Origin: a virus
IMG/VR virus record: IMGVR_UViG_3300010885_061525
Location: 26,575-90,574 of that record
DNA length: 64,000 bases
Reading direction: 5' to 3' (one strand)
Numbering within the stretch: the first letter of the stretch is position 1; every line of letters begins with the position of its first letter. Shown here in pieces: positions 31,501 to 41,179 of the stretch. Both the position numbers and the translations under genes were made by a program. The notes under the pieces are model-generated. The model saw only the letters and a list, made by a program, of their open reading frames with translations. It made no database searches and was not told the DNA's origin.

Positions 31501-34500
31501 TCTCAACATTATCTTGGCTCTCAGGTATCGATCTAGCATTTCTTTGGAAATTAGAAATGATTGTGTTTCTTACGAACTCAGCCGTTGCGGCAAGCCCTTT
31601 TTCCGCTTCAGCTATTTTTTCTTCATCGCCGCCAAAGGCTTGCTTGAGTGACTCTCTTATTTCCCCTTTATTTGTTTCGCTTGCTGACTTTCCAGCCCCT
31701 CCCGATATTAAAAAGTCTTGTATGCCACCAGTAGTTGTCGCTGCTCCTGTGCCAACTTTATATTGCTGACCCTTTTTCAAAAACCCATTCTTTAACGCTT
31801 GCTTTTGTATCTCTTGCACTTTTGCTATAGCTTTAAGATAATCCTCAGTGTCTTTATTTGCTGAAGGTAGGTCAAAATCCGTCTTTAATTCGCCAGAAGC
31901 TATCACTTTTTCAGCGGCGTTAAATCTGGATCCTCGATTAGATTGATCTCTAATTTTTCCCAACTCTTTTTCTTGAGCGTTTGATTCTGTAAGAGCGCCA
32001 TATGCAGATATTCCAGCAGAAGCAATAGCTGTTCCAGCAATAATGTATGGATTTCCGGTTAATAACGAAGCGGTGAGTCCTCCTAGAGCGCCACCTTGGA
32101 CTGAAGATGATGCAATATTTTGATTAGCATCACTCATATCCGTCATAGGAAGAATAGTATTTACTATGGCTGGAGCCGCTGTAGCCGCAGCTAGTCCATA
32201 CAAAGGATTTATTCCACCCGAAAGTCTTCCAATTAAGTTTCTACCGCCACCTCTTGCTGCTCCAGCAGCAGCACCAGCAACTCCTGCAGGTATTCCTCCT
32301 CCCGCGCCTCCTGGTCTTATTGCCGCCGCCATTCCTATAGCCTGCCCTCCAGCCCCTGGAGGTCTAATTGTTTCTATAGCGGTTCTTAATCTATCGAGAG
32401 ACTGAGTATTTAATCTAACACTGTTTTGCCCCGCAACATAGGCTCTTATAGATCCTCTTAAAACTGCTACTATTCCTACTGTTATAGCGCCTTGCGCTAA
32501 AGGATTCAATACATCCGCCCCTTTTACTGGGCCAATTCTTGCCTCTGGAACTGCTGACAGTATCGAACCCAATCCTACAGGAATTCTTAGTATGGCTTTA
32601 GTTCCGGGGTTATTATAAATTCCTTCTATGAATCTAAGGTAACTAGCTCTTATCTTATCAATAGCTGGGCCTATATCATCTAAGCGTCTTCTGGCGTCGT
32701 TCACTATGGAATCGGACGCCCCCGCGCTTAATTCTAGAATTCTAGTTTCAACTTCTTTTAATCCGTCTAAAAGAGACGCAAGCCTTCCTACAGACCTTAC
32801 ATCAACGATTGACGCTAGCGATTGCGTTGCACCTTGACTCTTGCTAATTTTTTGGTATTCCGTAGCTAAAGATATAAGTCTTTCGTATGGATCAGATATA
32901 TTATCAACGTCAACTCCCAACTTTCTCATAGCCGCTTCGGCTCTAGGAGTGTTAATTCTAACAGAAAGGCTTTTCAAAAACGTTCCGATTGCAGGAGCGG
33001 CCTCTCTAGTCTTTTCTCTTAACACAGTAACTAACTTTATATAGTCTTCAAAGTTTCCTCCTACAGCAGCAAACGATCCTCCTCCTCGTTTAATAGCTTC
33101 GAATAAATCTTGTGCTTCAACAGCATATGCCTTTGAATACTCATTGACCAACCCTAATATGTACGGGGTTTCTGACAATGATCTATTAAACTGATTTACT
33201 GTAGCAATCAATCCGTCAATTACTTCCGCCGAGCTTCCGAAGCTGGGACCAAGAGTAGCAAAAGATACCGCTCTAATAGTCTCATCAAATCCCGGCTTTC
33301 CTCTACTAAATCCTGCCGCAGCAAGAGTCTTGGCTGATACAGCTAAAGATTTAGCAGTCTCCCCTGTAATCTCTGAAAGATCTAGAACTTGCTTCTTAGT
33401 TTTAGCTGCTGCTAATGACGCCTCATCAAATGATTCTGCTAATGAACCAGTGTTATTAAATCCTGAGTCAAAAATCTGCTCTATACTAGTAATTTCTTTT
33501 TCTAACAAGGCTGTTTCTACAATCGCTGCTCTTGAAGCTGATATTAATCCGTATAAACCAATCGCTCCAAAAGCGTAAGAAGCTAGTTTTTGCGTGGCCA
33601 GTCCCACTCTTGCTCCTACGCGATCAAAAGCAGACTCCCCATACTTCGCTATAATTTCAAATCCAGATTTAGATCCTTGTGAAACGGCAGCTAGGTCATC
33701 ATTGAATTGTCTCAGGCCTGCGCTCTGTTCACTCATTCTTTGCTGAGATCCGGTTCTTATTACCGACAATCTTTGACTTGGAATCTGTGTTAAATCTCTT
33801 CCCGCATCATCCCCCAATACCTGTCTTGTCGCCTGCGCTCTTAGTCTTTGTTGGTCTATTTGAATTGGTTTTAGAGGATCTCCGTTAGCATCAGAACCCC
33901 CTCTTCTAGAGAAATTGTTTACCGCCCGAGCCTGCTTTTCGAGAGCTAAAGTAGTTTGATCTATGAGTTTATTTATTGCCGCTATTTCTGCGACTTGGCG
34001 TCGTCTTTCTGTAGCTTCTTCTATTAATCTCTGACGATTTCTAGCGTTAGTAGCGGCTACACGTCTTTCGTTCTCGGCCTCAAGCGCTCCTTGCGCTTTA
34101 ATAGCCTCATTCTGAGCATTTGTCGCTACGACAATTTTGTTTCTAGTAGCTACATTCTCAGCAGCATCAGAAGAAGAAAGTGTTTGTCTGGCCGATGCTA
34201 ACGTTTTCACCTCTGGCCCAGAATCAGATTTTCTAACATTACTGCTTACAATTTTAGCTTCTATGTCTGCGTTAGAAGGAGCCGCGCCTCCTGTAAATGC
34301 AGCTTTTCTTCTTTCTAATTCTATTTGTTTTTCTATTAATCTACTTAGGCGTCCAATATTCTTTTCCGTTGCAACTTCTATATTAGCCCTAGCTGATATG
34401 ATTTGCAACTCCTGCTGTCTTTGATCCGATACAGGCTTGGTGGCGGAGGCCAATCTATCTCTTACCGCTCTTCTGTCAGGGTTCGCTAAATCCTCTTCGG

Positions 34501-37495
34501 TAATACCCAATCTTCTCAGAGCAAGCTCTCTTGGATTTCCTGCGGGAGCCACTTGAGTAACAGGACCTAAGCCTGACGGCGTAGAAGGAGCAGCTTCGCC
34601 CGTTTGCTTATTGAATACAACACCTTGTGTCGCTAACTTATCTTGTATTCTCAATCTTAGCTTAGCCTCATCTCTCATCACCTTTTCAATAGTTTGCTCA
34701 ATGAAAAGATTGTCTTTCCTGAGAGCGTTCAACGCCCTATTTTGTTCGGTGAGAGCTTTTATGTCTTCTTTTTGAAGTTTAATTGATGCATTTATTGATC
34801 TTAGCGCTTTTTCTGTCTCTGCTAATTTGGAGGTGTCAAGAACTGAAGATTCATTTACTTTAGTAGGGTCAGTTGCACTCATGCCAAAAGCGGCAGATCT
34901 AACTGCGTTCTTATTGCTTTCCAATAATGTTCGCGCGCCAGTTTCTCTCAGAGCTGATGTAGTAGCGGCAGGATCAATATTTGCTCGTAACACTCCAGCC
35001 TTAGCTGATAATCTATCCGAATCTTCTAATCTTTGCTTAACAACCCTTGCTCTTTCTAATTGATTTAATCTACCAAGAGTGCCAACTAACTCCTCGCTTC
35101 GTTGTGAAGCTATATTGGGCCTCGCCTCTTTTAGCCTTGTTAGAAGCTCCGGAGTTGGATTTTGCATTTGCTCCGGAGTCACATTCAATCTTTGAATAGC
35201 CTTTTCTCTTGCGTCTGAGAACTCGGGCTTTATTCCAACATTACTAAGAGATTTTCCAATTCTATTCTGAAGATTCTTTTCTTCTTGGACCGTTCTCTCT
35301 ACTATTGCTAAAACTTGCCTTCTTAGTTGAACGTCCGCAGATAGATTCCCCGTCATTTTTAAAGCAGCTTCAGCCTGCCGTTTCTCAAGATCAATGCCAT
35401 TAGCCTTTGCTTTGTTTATTGCGTTCTCAAGTTTTAATATTCTATCGTCGTATTCTTGAACTTTACCCGCTTGTTGATTTCTATCCGAAATGGCGGTTCT
35501 AAAATTTTTCCTACTCATCTCTACGCCGCCGCTTTCAAATGATTCTTTTTCAAGTTCCTTTCTTTTCCCAGTCGCCTCCGTCGCAATTTTCTGCGCGGAA
35601 TCTCTCTTTGCACGAATTTCAGTTAACTGCTTTTCAGCGTTCGTTATTCTGTTTATTCCTGCAACTTTATCAGCATCTGATCTCTTTTCATTTTCCGCCC
35701 TCTGTAACTCTATAGCCCGTATATTCTCTTGTGCGTTTTGTTCTTTGATAAGATTGGTTACAACTGATTTAGCCTGAGATTCTGCCTTTTTGGCTAAAGA
35801 TAACTTTTCATCAATACTTGCCATTTGAAGAAGTTTCAATCTCGCCGCAGAATTTGATTTATTCGTAGTTGCTTCTTGCACGTTTGCTGCTGCAGTAGTC
35901 CCCGCCTTCCCTCCTCCTTTACTAGCGTCCTCAAGGGCAGTTACTTTAGTCTGAGCCGCTTCCCGATTCTTATCGGCAGCTTCCCAAGCTTTATTCTTAG
36001 CTTCAGCAGCTTTTGTTGACGCCGCTATCACCGCATTATGCGCCGCCTCTGCTTTAGCAACCGCATCTACTTGAGACTTAATCTCCTTCCAAGTGTTAGC
36101 TTGAGCTTGATCAAGAGTTAATAACTTAGAGGCTTCTAGAATCGAATTCTTTCTGATCTGAAGCGTCCTTTCAGCTGAAGAGACGACAAGTTCACTTTTT
36201 GCAATGTCTGCTCGAATAGGAACAAGATCTGCTCCTTTTTTGACTTCGTCGAAAGCTCTATTGGCCGCAGATTTTTTGTCGGAGAAAGATTTAAGACTCG
36301 CGTCTCTGGCCTTAATATCTGTTTTTCCAGGGTTCGCTTTACCATAATCTGAAGCGGCTTTGTCATAAGCCTTTTGCGCAGCATCCGATGCTTTTCTTAA
36401 ACTACCTAATTGATCATTTCTAACCGTTTCGGCACTGCTCAACTTTCCTTGCAGTGTAGTCAATTCCAGTTTAGCGTATGTCAGACTCCTTGACTCGTCT
36501 TTAAGCTGCTTTTTAGCGTCTCGTGTTTTTAGCGCATCCTCTTGTTTTTTACTAAACGCTTCCTCGGCTGCACGATTTTTTTGCTTGATAGCAACGTCAA
36601 GCGCGCTTCCTGTAGCACTAGGAGTTATCCCATTTTTTAAGTTGTCTTTGACGAGTTTGGCTTCTTCCGCAGCCCGCTTTGCTCGCATAGTTTCTATCTT
36701 TTTGGAGGTTAAGTCGTCCTGAGCTATAGCTATAGCTTTATCAGTCGGCTTCGCAGCGTTCTGAGCTTTTTGCGCTTGCTCTAATAATAAACCCTTACTC
36801 TTTAAATCTTCTTCAGCGCCTTTAATGATCCCAGGTCTATCTGCAGCAGTAGTTTTTGAAACATTAGAAGCGTTTATAAAAGCCTGCTTAGCCTTGTCTC
36901 TGGCACTAGTAAGCGGATTTAGCCGTTCCGCAGCCGCGCTTCTATCGGCCTTTACTTGAGCAAGATGTTCAGCTAACTTGGCAGCACGAGTTGAAGCTCC
37001 TATTATTTTACTGTCAAATTTTCTAACAGGCTCTAATTCTGGAGCCACTTGTATTTTTACAACTTTACTGGCGGATTTCTGTACAGTCTCAACGGCATTT
37101 TTAATAAGAGCGAGTTTTCCAAGTTCCTGCTCCGCGTTTGGGACAAACGTTGAGTTGTTACGGATAGCCGCCATGACCGTCTTGATACTGGTCAGAAGTG
37201 GTGGTATTAATGCTAATTTTCCAGCGGCATTGGTAAGCTCATTAGTGTTCAACACTATTGACGGAGCTATTTTTGCTTTGCCTATAGTATTTTGAAGATC
37301 GGTTACAAGACTATTTGCCGCACTTGTTACCTGTCCTATTTTGCCTATGTCAAAATCAACCGCAACCTTTTTTCTGATTGTGCTACTGCCTACACTTTTG
37401 GATATTCCAGCCAACGCATCTGTAACGTTTGAGGATATGTTAACCCTACTAACGTCTATCTGAGCCGCAAAATTAAGAAGAAAGTTGTCAGCCAA
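28538..37495 (-). CDS. Tape measure protein
   Basis: 2985 aa, Ala/Lys/Glu/Gln-rich helical; TMP core (SAKTLAAAGF...VNEYSKAYAVEAQDLFEAIKRGG...TREAAPAIGTFLKSL); Gly-rich TM segments. Confidence 0.9.
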   Translation of the reverse strand: MADNFLLNFAAQIDVSRVNISSNVTDALAGISKSVGSSTIRKKVAVDFDIGKIGQVTSAANSLVTDLQNTIGKAKIAPSIVLNTNELTNAAGKLALIPPLLTSIKTVMAAIRNNSTFVPNAEQELGKLALIKNAVETVQKSASKVVKIQVAPELEPVRKFDSKIIGASTRAAKLAEHLAQVKADRSAAAERLNPLTSARDKAKQAFINASNVSKTTAADRPGIIKGAEEDLKSKGLLLEQAQKAQNAAKPTDKAIAIAQDDLTSKKIETMRAKRAAEEAKLVKDNLKNGITPSATGSALDVAIKQKNRAAEEAFSKKQEDALKTRDAKKQLKDESRSLTYAKLELTTLQGKLSSAETVRNDQLGSLRKASDAAQKAYDKAASDYGKANPGKTDIKARDASLKSFSDKKSAANRAFDEVKKGADLVPIRADIAKSELVVSSAERTLQIRKNSILEASKLLTLDQAQANTWKEIKSQVDAVAKAEAAHNAVIAASTKAAEAKNKAWEAADKNREAAQTKVTALEDASKGGGKAGTTAAANVQEATTNKSNSAARLKLLQMASIDEKLSLAKKAESQAKSVVTNLIKEQNAQENIRAIELQRAENEKRSDADKVAGINRITNAEKQLTEIRAKRDSAQKIATEATGKRKELEKESFESGGVEMSRKNFRTAISDRNQQAGKVQEYDDRILKLENAINKAKANGIDLEKRQAEAALKMTGNLSADVQLRRQVLAIVERTVQEEKNLQNRIGKSLSNVGIKPEFSDAREKAIQRLNVTPEQMQNPTPELLTRLKEARPNIASQRSEELVGTLGRLNQLERARVVKQRLEDSDRLSAKAGVLRANIDPAATTSALRETGARTLLESNKNAVRSAAFGMSATDPTKVNESSVLDTSKLAETEKALRSINASIKLQKEDIKALTEQNRALNALRKDNLFIEQTIEKVMRDEAKLRLRIQDKLATQGVVFNKQTGEAAPSTPSGLGPVTQVAPAGNPRELALRRLGITEEDLANPDRRAVRDRLASATKPVSDQRQQELQIISARANIEVATEKNIGRLSRLIEKQIELERRKAAFTGGAAPSNADIEAKIVSSNVRKSDSGPEVKTLASARQTLSSSDAAENVATRNKIVVATNAQNEAIKAQGALEAENERRVAATNARNRQRLIEEATERRRQVAEIAAINKLIDQTTLALEKQARAVNNFSRRGGSDANGDPLKPIQIDQQRLRAQATRQVLGDDAGRDLTQIPSQRLSVIRTGSQQRMSEQSAGLRQFNDDLAAVSQGSKSGFEIIAKYGESAFDRVGARVGLATQKLASYAFGAIGLYGLISASRAAIVETALLEKEITSIEQIFDSGFNNTGSLAESFDEASLAAAKTKKQVLDLSEITGETAKSLAVSAKTLAAAGFSRGKPGFDETIRAVSFATLGPSFGSSAEVIDGLIATVNQFNRSLSETPYILGLVNEYSKAYAVEAQDLFEAIKRGGGSFAAVGGNFEDYIKLVTVLREKTREAAPAIGTFLKSLSVRINTPRAEAAMRKLGVDVDNISDPYERLISLATEYQKISKSQGATQSLASIVDVRSVGRLASLLDGLKEVETRILELSAGASDSIVNDARRRLDDIGPAIDKIRASYLRFIEGIYNNPGTKAILRIPVGLGSILSAVPEARIGPVKGADVLNPLAQGAITVGIVAVLRGSIRAYVAGQNSVRLNTQSLDRLRTAIETIRPPGAGGQAIGMAAAIRPGGAGGGIPAGVAGAAAGAARGGGRNLIGRLSGGINPLYGLAAATAAPAIVNTILPMTDMSDANQNIASSSVQGGALGGLTASLLTGNPYIIAGTAIASAGISAYGALTESNAQEKELGKIRDQSNRGSRFNAAEKVIASGELKTDFDLPSANKDTEDYLKAIAKVQEIQKQALKNGFLKKGQQYKVGTGAATTTGGIQDFLISGGAGKSASETNKGEIRESLKQAFGGDEEKIAEAEKGLAATAEFVRNTIISNFQRNARSIPESQDNVETRTAAAEKTAKVLAEKLTVEGVKFDEEKIFKSLRDEFTAVEEGADVFTASITRFKFTFKSLAEISDAAERSLNVFSNALSSSIKSQTSLIGVLVSETQRLSTQLETTKGILSSPFKVGSIQQINTDPTDRNVAAASNAIEAITGQKAQRVNSPEIQSLKNTLNEVFIQFSQADKNVQNNLLLNLEPESLKAIGGLQARATQEEDAAAAKSGSVTSGTTFQSAKDVRAVIDDRLGDLKGLGSAGQKLFDIIQKSGSQGKLPFSLEALGKALQDKNTGGFNSSKLLGVDEAGSAQIAQANALITLANNAYELQAKTIEARAAAEQESYKSQVELAKAIADNRSTIEGFQGALGLKTQRGAAQASLDIQTQALSQRQNIPNSNIIGNKTTAAGLLQTNIETESGSAVVNSSNATTTNDKRSPSNDKNRGKSDDPPKTYRRLKLDAKLSPNLELQLPNTAEQRGLSKDRESRLDDARAKMDRVILEVKDAKTRGQSDDLSIQEPSTAAQQPGDVLRSNQTYKFPAVEERLPYGLQAQLPNTAEQRGLSEDRESRLDKARVIMQKVIQQSRKDKSRGHNSLGPNVSDAIKESDNTNLAAQGKLLADEKLPKVPPTAARAVELPRAPESTTANPLSELTAAISTRDPSKAGSELSIIKQLQTSIEAQRALTADPSMPNNAPSNILELPYIKDLMSQLAALDSSFNISDNVFELSGRLMNLRSSIERGLINSLEVLESQFKLVGSQVDITSKKLSEQKATLESLIGKLYGGTPADNSMNKMTLSRAAGNANDIAAAITRAIPNAKDQGVNTILTNQNVARLVENQIAGLSTKQLTELMDFSRQIGANTLTQSGLSGEQLAAAIQAALASRPEFQALGIDVKTTDIKSTVDQANKLIQDAQKIATEIQSARMQMDKSTSANLSIMNDQVSSLTAAISAIPKQINVVISGVKDISVTFDLTKVEESMRTVGDKVFDNVIGKLREVFQASNIPLPGL
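29846..30152. repeat. 61-bp direct repeat inside tape measure (29846-29906 and 30092-30152)
   Basis: Encodes QLPNTAEQRGLS[K/E]DRESRLD twice, one mismatch, 246-bp period. Confidence 0.9.
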
Positions 37496-37516
37496 TGTAT
37501 TCCTCGCTTATAAGAA

Positions 37517-37522
37517 ATACAC
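37517..37522 (-). promoter_or_regulatory. GTGTAT element upstream of tape measure
   Basis: ATACAC on + strand, 21 nt before TTG start with GAGGA SD. Confidence 0.6.
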
Positions 37523-38205
37523 TATAATTCAGTCGTATCCAAAGCTTCCTTCTTTGCCTTTTTGGACTTATGCTCCTTGGCGGGCTTTGATTCTGTGTCC
37601 TCTATTTCTAGATTCTTTAGCTCTTGGTCCTTATACCAAACGTTCTCTGGGCGAATTTTTTCCAGCTCCGCCATAAGCTCGCGAGTTCCGTCATATATTA
37701 TATGAATCATTTCCGTGGCGAACTTATTTGACAATTCCGAAAGATCGTCTTTGTAGTCTTCGACCTTGTCCCACACTCGTTCGTTATCTACTGTAAATGA
37801 GCAATGAGTGACAAAATAAGAGAATCTTTCGTTTTCGGCTTGAATGGAGGCTGACTGGGTTGACAGCTCTCTTTTAGCTCTGTCTAAGTCGTCAAGACCC
37901 TTTCTTAGTTCAAGAATTCTATCGTATGCAGTCATTCCTTCTTCAAAAGAAGCAAAGGAGCTACTGTTGAATTTGATCTCGAAGTCCTTTATTTCCTTGT
38001 CTATCTCTTTTCTCTCTTTTTCGTTGTACGCTCTTATTCCTCTATCTTTAATTATATTGTCCACTTCGGCTTCTAGGAAGAAGCCTTCGGCTATTGCTTT
38101 TCTATACGATTTAGCGTAGACTGCATCGCTTTCTTTTCTGATCTTATTGTTAGGCTTTACTATCTTGTAATCTGATTCTTCGTGTGTAAATTTTACTTCA
38201 TCCAT
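37522..38205 (-). CDS. Tail assembly chaperone-like protein
   Basis: Acidic helical protein immediately before tape measure. Confidence 0.55.
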   Translation of the reverse strand: MDEVKFTHEESDYKIVKPNNKIRKESDAVYAKSYRKAIAEGFFLEAEVDNIIKDRGIRAYNEKERKEIDKEIKDFEIKFNSSSFASFEEGMTAYDRILELRKGLDDLDRAKRELSTQSASIQAENERFSYFVTHCSFTVDNERVWDKVEDYKDDLSELSNKFATEMIHIIYDGTRELMAELEKIRPENVWYKDQELKNLEIEDTESKPAKEHKSKKAKKEALDTTEL

Positions 38206-38530
38206 TTTTTTCGGTCCTTAGTGATATATAGAAAGATTTTAGCTTTGAAATGGCTATTTTCTTTTCTCTGTTTCCTTGGTTGAATATTTTATCCCTTAAA
38301 TTTAGGAATTTTTCGTACCAAATTTTTTGTTCTTCTGTGAGTTTAGATTCGTCGAAATCTTCAGATTCCCCCCATAGGTAGCCAAGCTCGTCCTCTATGT
38401 GGCATACTGCTCCTACAAAAACAGTCCTAAAGTGCGTCTCAAGCATTTTTTTAAGAATTTTTTCCGATGTCTCTTCGAGAGAGTCGAAGTGCATGTTTAC
38501 TATAATCGGCTCTAATCTTTCTTCTTTCAT
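38198..38530 (-). CDS. Hypothetical protein
   Basis: Overlap-coupled ORF in tail operon. Confidence 0.6.
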   Translation of the reverse strand: MKEERLEPIIVNMHFDSLEETSEKILKKMLETHFRTVFVGAVCHIEDELGYLWGESEDFDESKLTEEQKIWYEKFLNLRDKIFNQGNREKKIAISKLKSFYISLRTEKNG

Positions 38531-39597
38531 TGTTTTTTAAGTCCCATTCTATTTATTTCCATTCTTATTCCTTCGCTAACATCCGGTAATTGATCTTCTG
38601 ACAATTCTCCGTGCTTATCAATTGCTATTGATCTTTTGGATATAATGCTCTTTGCCGCAGAGCTATTTAATTCTTCATACACTTTTTGAGCATCTTCAGG
38701 AGTATCTACAGCAATGAAAACTTCAGAAGCATTATTTATTTTTGAGCTTGAGCTTATTTGATTTGATTTTTTCTTTGTGGAGGAGCCGTTTTTATCGCTT
38801 TGTTGTATAAACCAATCATCCAATTTATCATCGTCGTCTATAACGTCTTGACCTGGATAGTCTGCACTCTCATAGACGGAATCATATACATTTGACCAAT
38901 AGCATAATTCATACTGAGCTTTAGTCATATTAGAAGCAGAGTGTTCAAATAATGGAGTTCCTGTCTTAGATGAAGTCTTCCATATGGTTCTCCAAGGCTC
39001 GGTTCTAGCTATATCTCGAATAGTCTTTGAATTAACTCTAGTTGCTTCAGAGCTTGTTATTCTTAAAAGCTGTTCAGTTTCAGATACGCCTATAGACTCT
39101 TCCATCCCCTCCATTGTCTTCCAAATCAATTCAGCATTGCTGCTTCTTACACATTGACTTAGAAGCATCACGCTGGTTCTATAGTATTTTTGATACTCAA
39201 TAGTATGAACATACATAGAGCTTCGTATTTGAGATAGCTCTTTTATCATTTCATCTAAGGCTTTTATTGTCATTTCAACAGCTTTAAGCTTATTGGCCTG
39301 ATATTGTAATTTGCCTTTTTCTTTGCGAAGAGTCTCAATATCATTTTTACAGGTGTCAAGCTCTTTTTCTTTTTCTTCAGACCAAAGGCCACTTTTAATC
39401 AAAAATTGCTTTTCTTCATCCCCTGTCAAAAATCCATCTTTTTTCAATTCTTCATCTAAAGTTTTAGTGTAAAATGAAACTTCAGAAAATAGTGCGTTCG
39501 TAGGCTCAAAATACTTATATATAATATTTTTGAATTTAAAATGAAAAAAGCCAGATACTATCTGGCGTAATTTCTCCTCGCGCTCATAATGATTCAT
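38527..39597 (-). CDS. Tail assembly chaperone-like protein
   Basis: Between tail tube and tape measure; ARTEPWR...W...YDSVYE...VIDDDDKLDDW. Confidence 0.55.
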   Translation of the reverse strand: MNHYEREEKLRQIVSGFFHFKFKNIIYKYFEPTNALFSEVSFYTKTLDEELKKDGFLTGDEEKQFLIKSGLWSEEKEKELDTCKNDIETLRKEKGKLQYQANKLKAVEMTIKALDEMIKELSQIRSSMYVHTIEYQKYYRTSVMLLSQCVRSSNAELIWKTMEGMEESIGVSETEQLLRITSSEATRVNSKTIRDIARTEPWRTIWKTSSKTGTPLFEHSASNMTKAQYELCYWSNVYDSVYESADYPGQDVIDDDDKLDDWFIQQSDKNGSSTKKKSNQISSSSKINNASEVFIAVDTPEDAQKVYEELNSSAAKSIISKRSIAIDKHGELSEDQLPDVSEGIRMEINRMGLKKQ

Positions 39598-39923
39598 TTA
39601 TTGATGAATGGAAGCTTACTCTTGACCCAACTCCACGCTGGAGCAAACAGAACTCCGCCTGCAATAAAAATTAACACTGAGTATGACACCATTCCAATAG
39701 TTGAGTTTAAAAAATCTTGCATTTTATGTTCCTTATTATATTCTAGCTTTTCAACTTCTAATTTTTTGTCGTTTTCTACAACAACAATTGGTTTTTCTAC
39801 TTTTAAAATTTCAATTTCTTTGCTTTGAAGCGCCGATGATTGTTTATTTAATTGTTGTTTGCTGATTTCGTTACATCCCGCGCCAGCAATCAAAAATAAT
39901 GTTATAATTAAAATCTTTTTCAT
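39594..39923 (-). CDS. Lipoprotein with C-terminal TM helix (u-spanin-like architecture)
   Basis: MKKILIITLFLIAGAGC lipobox; C-terminal hydrophobic helix followed by basic tail. Confidence 0.55.
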   Translation of the reverse strand: MKKILIITLFLIAGAGCNEISKQQLNKQSSALQSKEIEILKVEKPIVVVENDKKLEVEKLEYNKEHKMQDFLNSTIGMVSYSVLIFIAGGVLFAPAWSWVKSKLPFINK

Positions 39924-39929
39924 AATGCT

Positions 39930-39951
39930 AAAGGGGGCTTTCGCCCCCTTT
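39930..39951 (-). terminator. Intrinsic terminator after major tail gene
   Basis: AAAGGGGGC-tttc-GCCCCCTTT hairpin (GAAA loop on - strand). Confidence 0.8.
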
Positions 39952-39960
39952 CACCATTCG

Positions 39961-41151
39961 TTAAGCGTAACCTGGAGTAGTTGGGGTTGTGTCAGTTGCT
40001 TGTGCAGGATCCATAGCGGTTGAAGCCTGAGCGCCATCAGGAGTCGCCCCAATGTATCTAGTTACTGTTAATTCGTTGTAGTTAACATAATTAAAGGTCA
40101 GAGTTCTATTTCCACCGCCTGTATCGCCAGCTGAAGACGAAACGGAAGTTAGTCTGTTCTTTGCTCCTAGATCTATAACGGTTCCATCGTTTATTACTAT
40201 ATAAATCTTTTGATCAGTTACGTTATCAGTTTCTGTCTGAGCAATCATACTATCTCCTTGAGTATCGACAACCTCGACAGCGCAAGTCACTTCAATTGGA
40301 AAGTCAAGATATCTATGGTAAGGACCTCTTTTGCCAAGTTCAAACAGTTCGGTTCTTCCTAAATCTGCTGAAATTTGAATGCTTTGAATGTGAGCCGCAT
40401 TGCCTTGCCAATCTGCAATGTCTCCCTTTGCTAGAGTTCCATAAGAAAGCCTATTGTATCCGGTCGAATCTATACCAGGAATTTCCTTAGGTAAAAGTGT
40501 AACCGTGCCTCCTGTTGGAGTAACATAACCAAATACGACATTCTGTCTTCTTGCAACGAAACCTGTTGGAGGAGAAAGCTGTCCAGCGGCACCAAACGCT
40601 GGATAGAACATCGTGCTTCCTCCAAATCCTGTGGCGGTAGGAGATCCTGTAACAGAAGCCCAGTTCTTTGAATTTCCCACCAAGCTAACAGTCTCAGTGA
40701 AATTTCCATCAACGCCAAGATTAAAACCAATGGAGCTTACATACATTCCGCTCATGTAGCACGATTGAGCTTGCTTATTAGCAGGGTCTGTTGGCACCCC
40801 CGAAGCATTAGACATGGTATCTTTGTAGAAGTTGACGGCAACGTCGCATCTTTGATTTCCATATCGTCCGATAAGCTCAGGCCCTACCCCTGCCTGAGGC
40901 GTAGCCAAGTGTTGAGCCAAGGCTGTTCCGTCCATAACTCTTTCTATAGTTACTTCGACGTTGGGAATATTCTCAACGTTTTGGTAAATCGAAAGCTGTC
41001 CTAATTGATAAACCTGCTCAAGATTAAAAGTGGTATCGATACCAACACTTTGAACGCCAGAAACGACTTTAAATGCTCCTCCGGTTGCCGCCATACCTAC
41101 AGCTGTCACTCCGTAGAAAAGTCTATTATTATTATTAATTCTTGTTGCCAT
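39961..41151 (-). CDS. Major tail tube protein
   Basis: GVQSVGIDTTFNLEQVYQLGQL...FELGKRGPYHRY...; own promoter element and terminator as expected for an abundant subunit. Confidence 0.75.
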   Translation of the reverse strand: MATRINNNNRLFYGVTAVGMAATGGAFKVVSGVQSVGIDTTFNLEQVYQLGQLSIYQNVENIPNVEVTIERVMDGTALAQHLATPQAGVGPELIGRYGNQRCDVAVNFYKDTMSNASGVPTDPANKQAQSCYMSGMYVSSIGFNLGVDGNFTETVSLVGNSKNWASVTGSPTATGFGGSTMFYPAFGAAGQLSPPTGFVARRQNVVFGYVTPTGGTVTLLPKEIPGIDSTGYNRLSYGTLAKGDIADWQGNAAHIQSIQISADLGRTELFELGKRGPYHRYLDFPIEVTCAVEVVDTQGDSMIAQTETDNVTDQKIYIVINDGTVIDLGAKNRLTSVSSSAGDTGGGNRTLTFNYVNYNELTVTRYIGATPDGAQASTAMDPAQATDTTPTTPGYA

Positions 41152-41179
41152 ATTTTTTGTCTCTGAAAATCATACACTA

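Noticed and set aside
28560-37295. Numerous + strand ORFs antisense to the tape measure and other structural genes
   Set aside because: Shadow ORFs produced by codon bias of the real - strand genes; no starts or motifs
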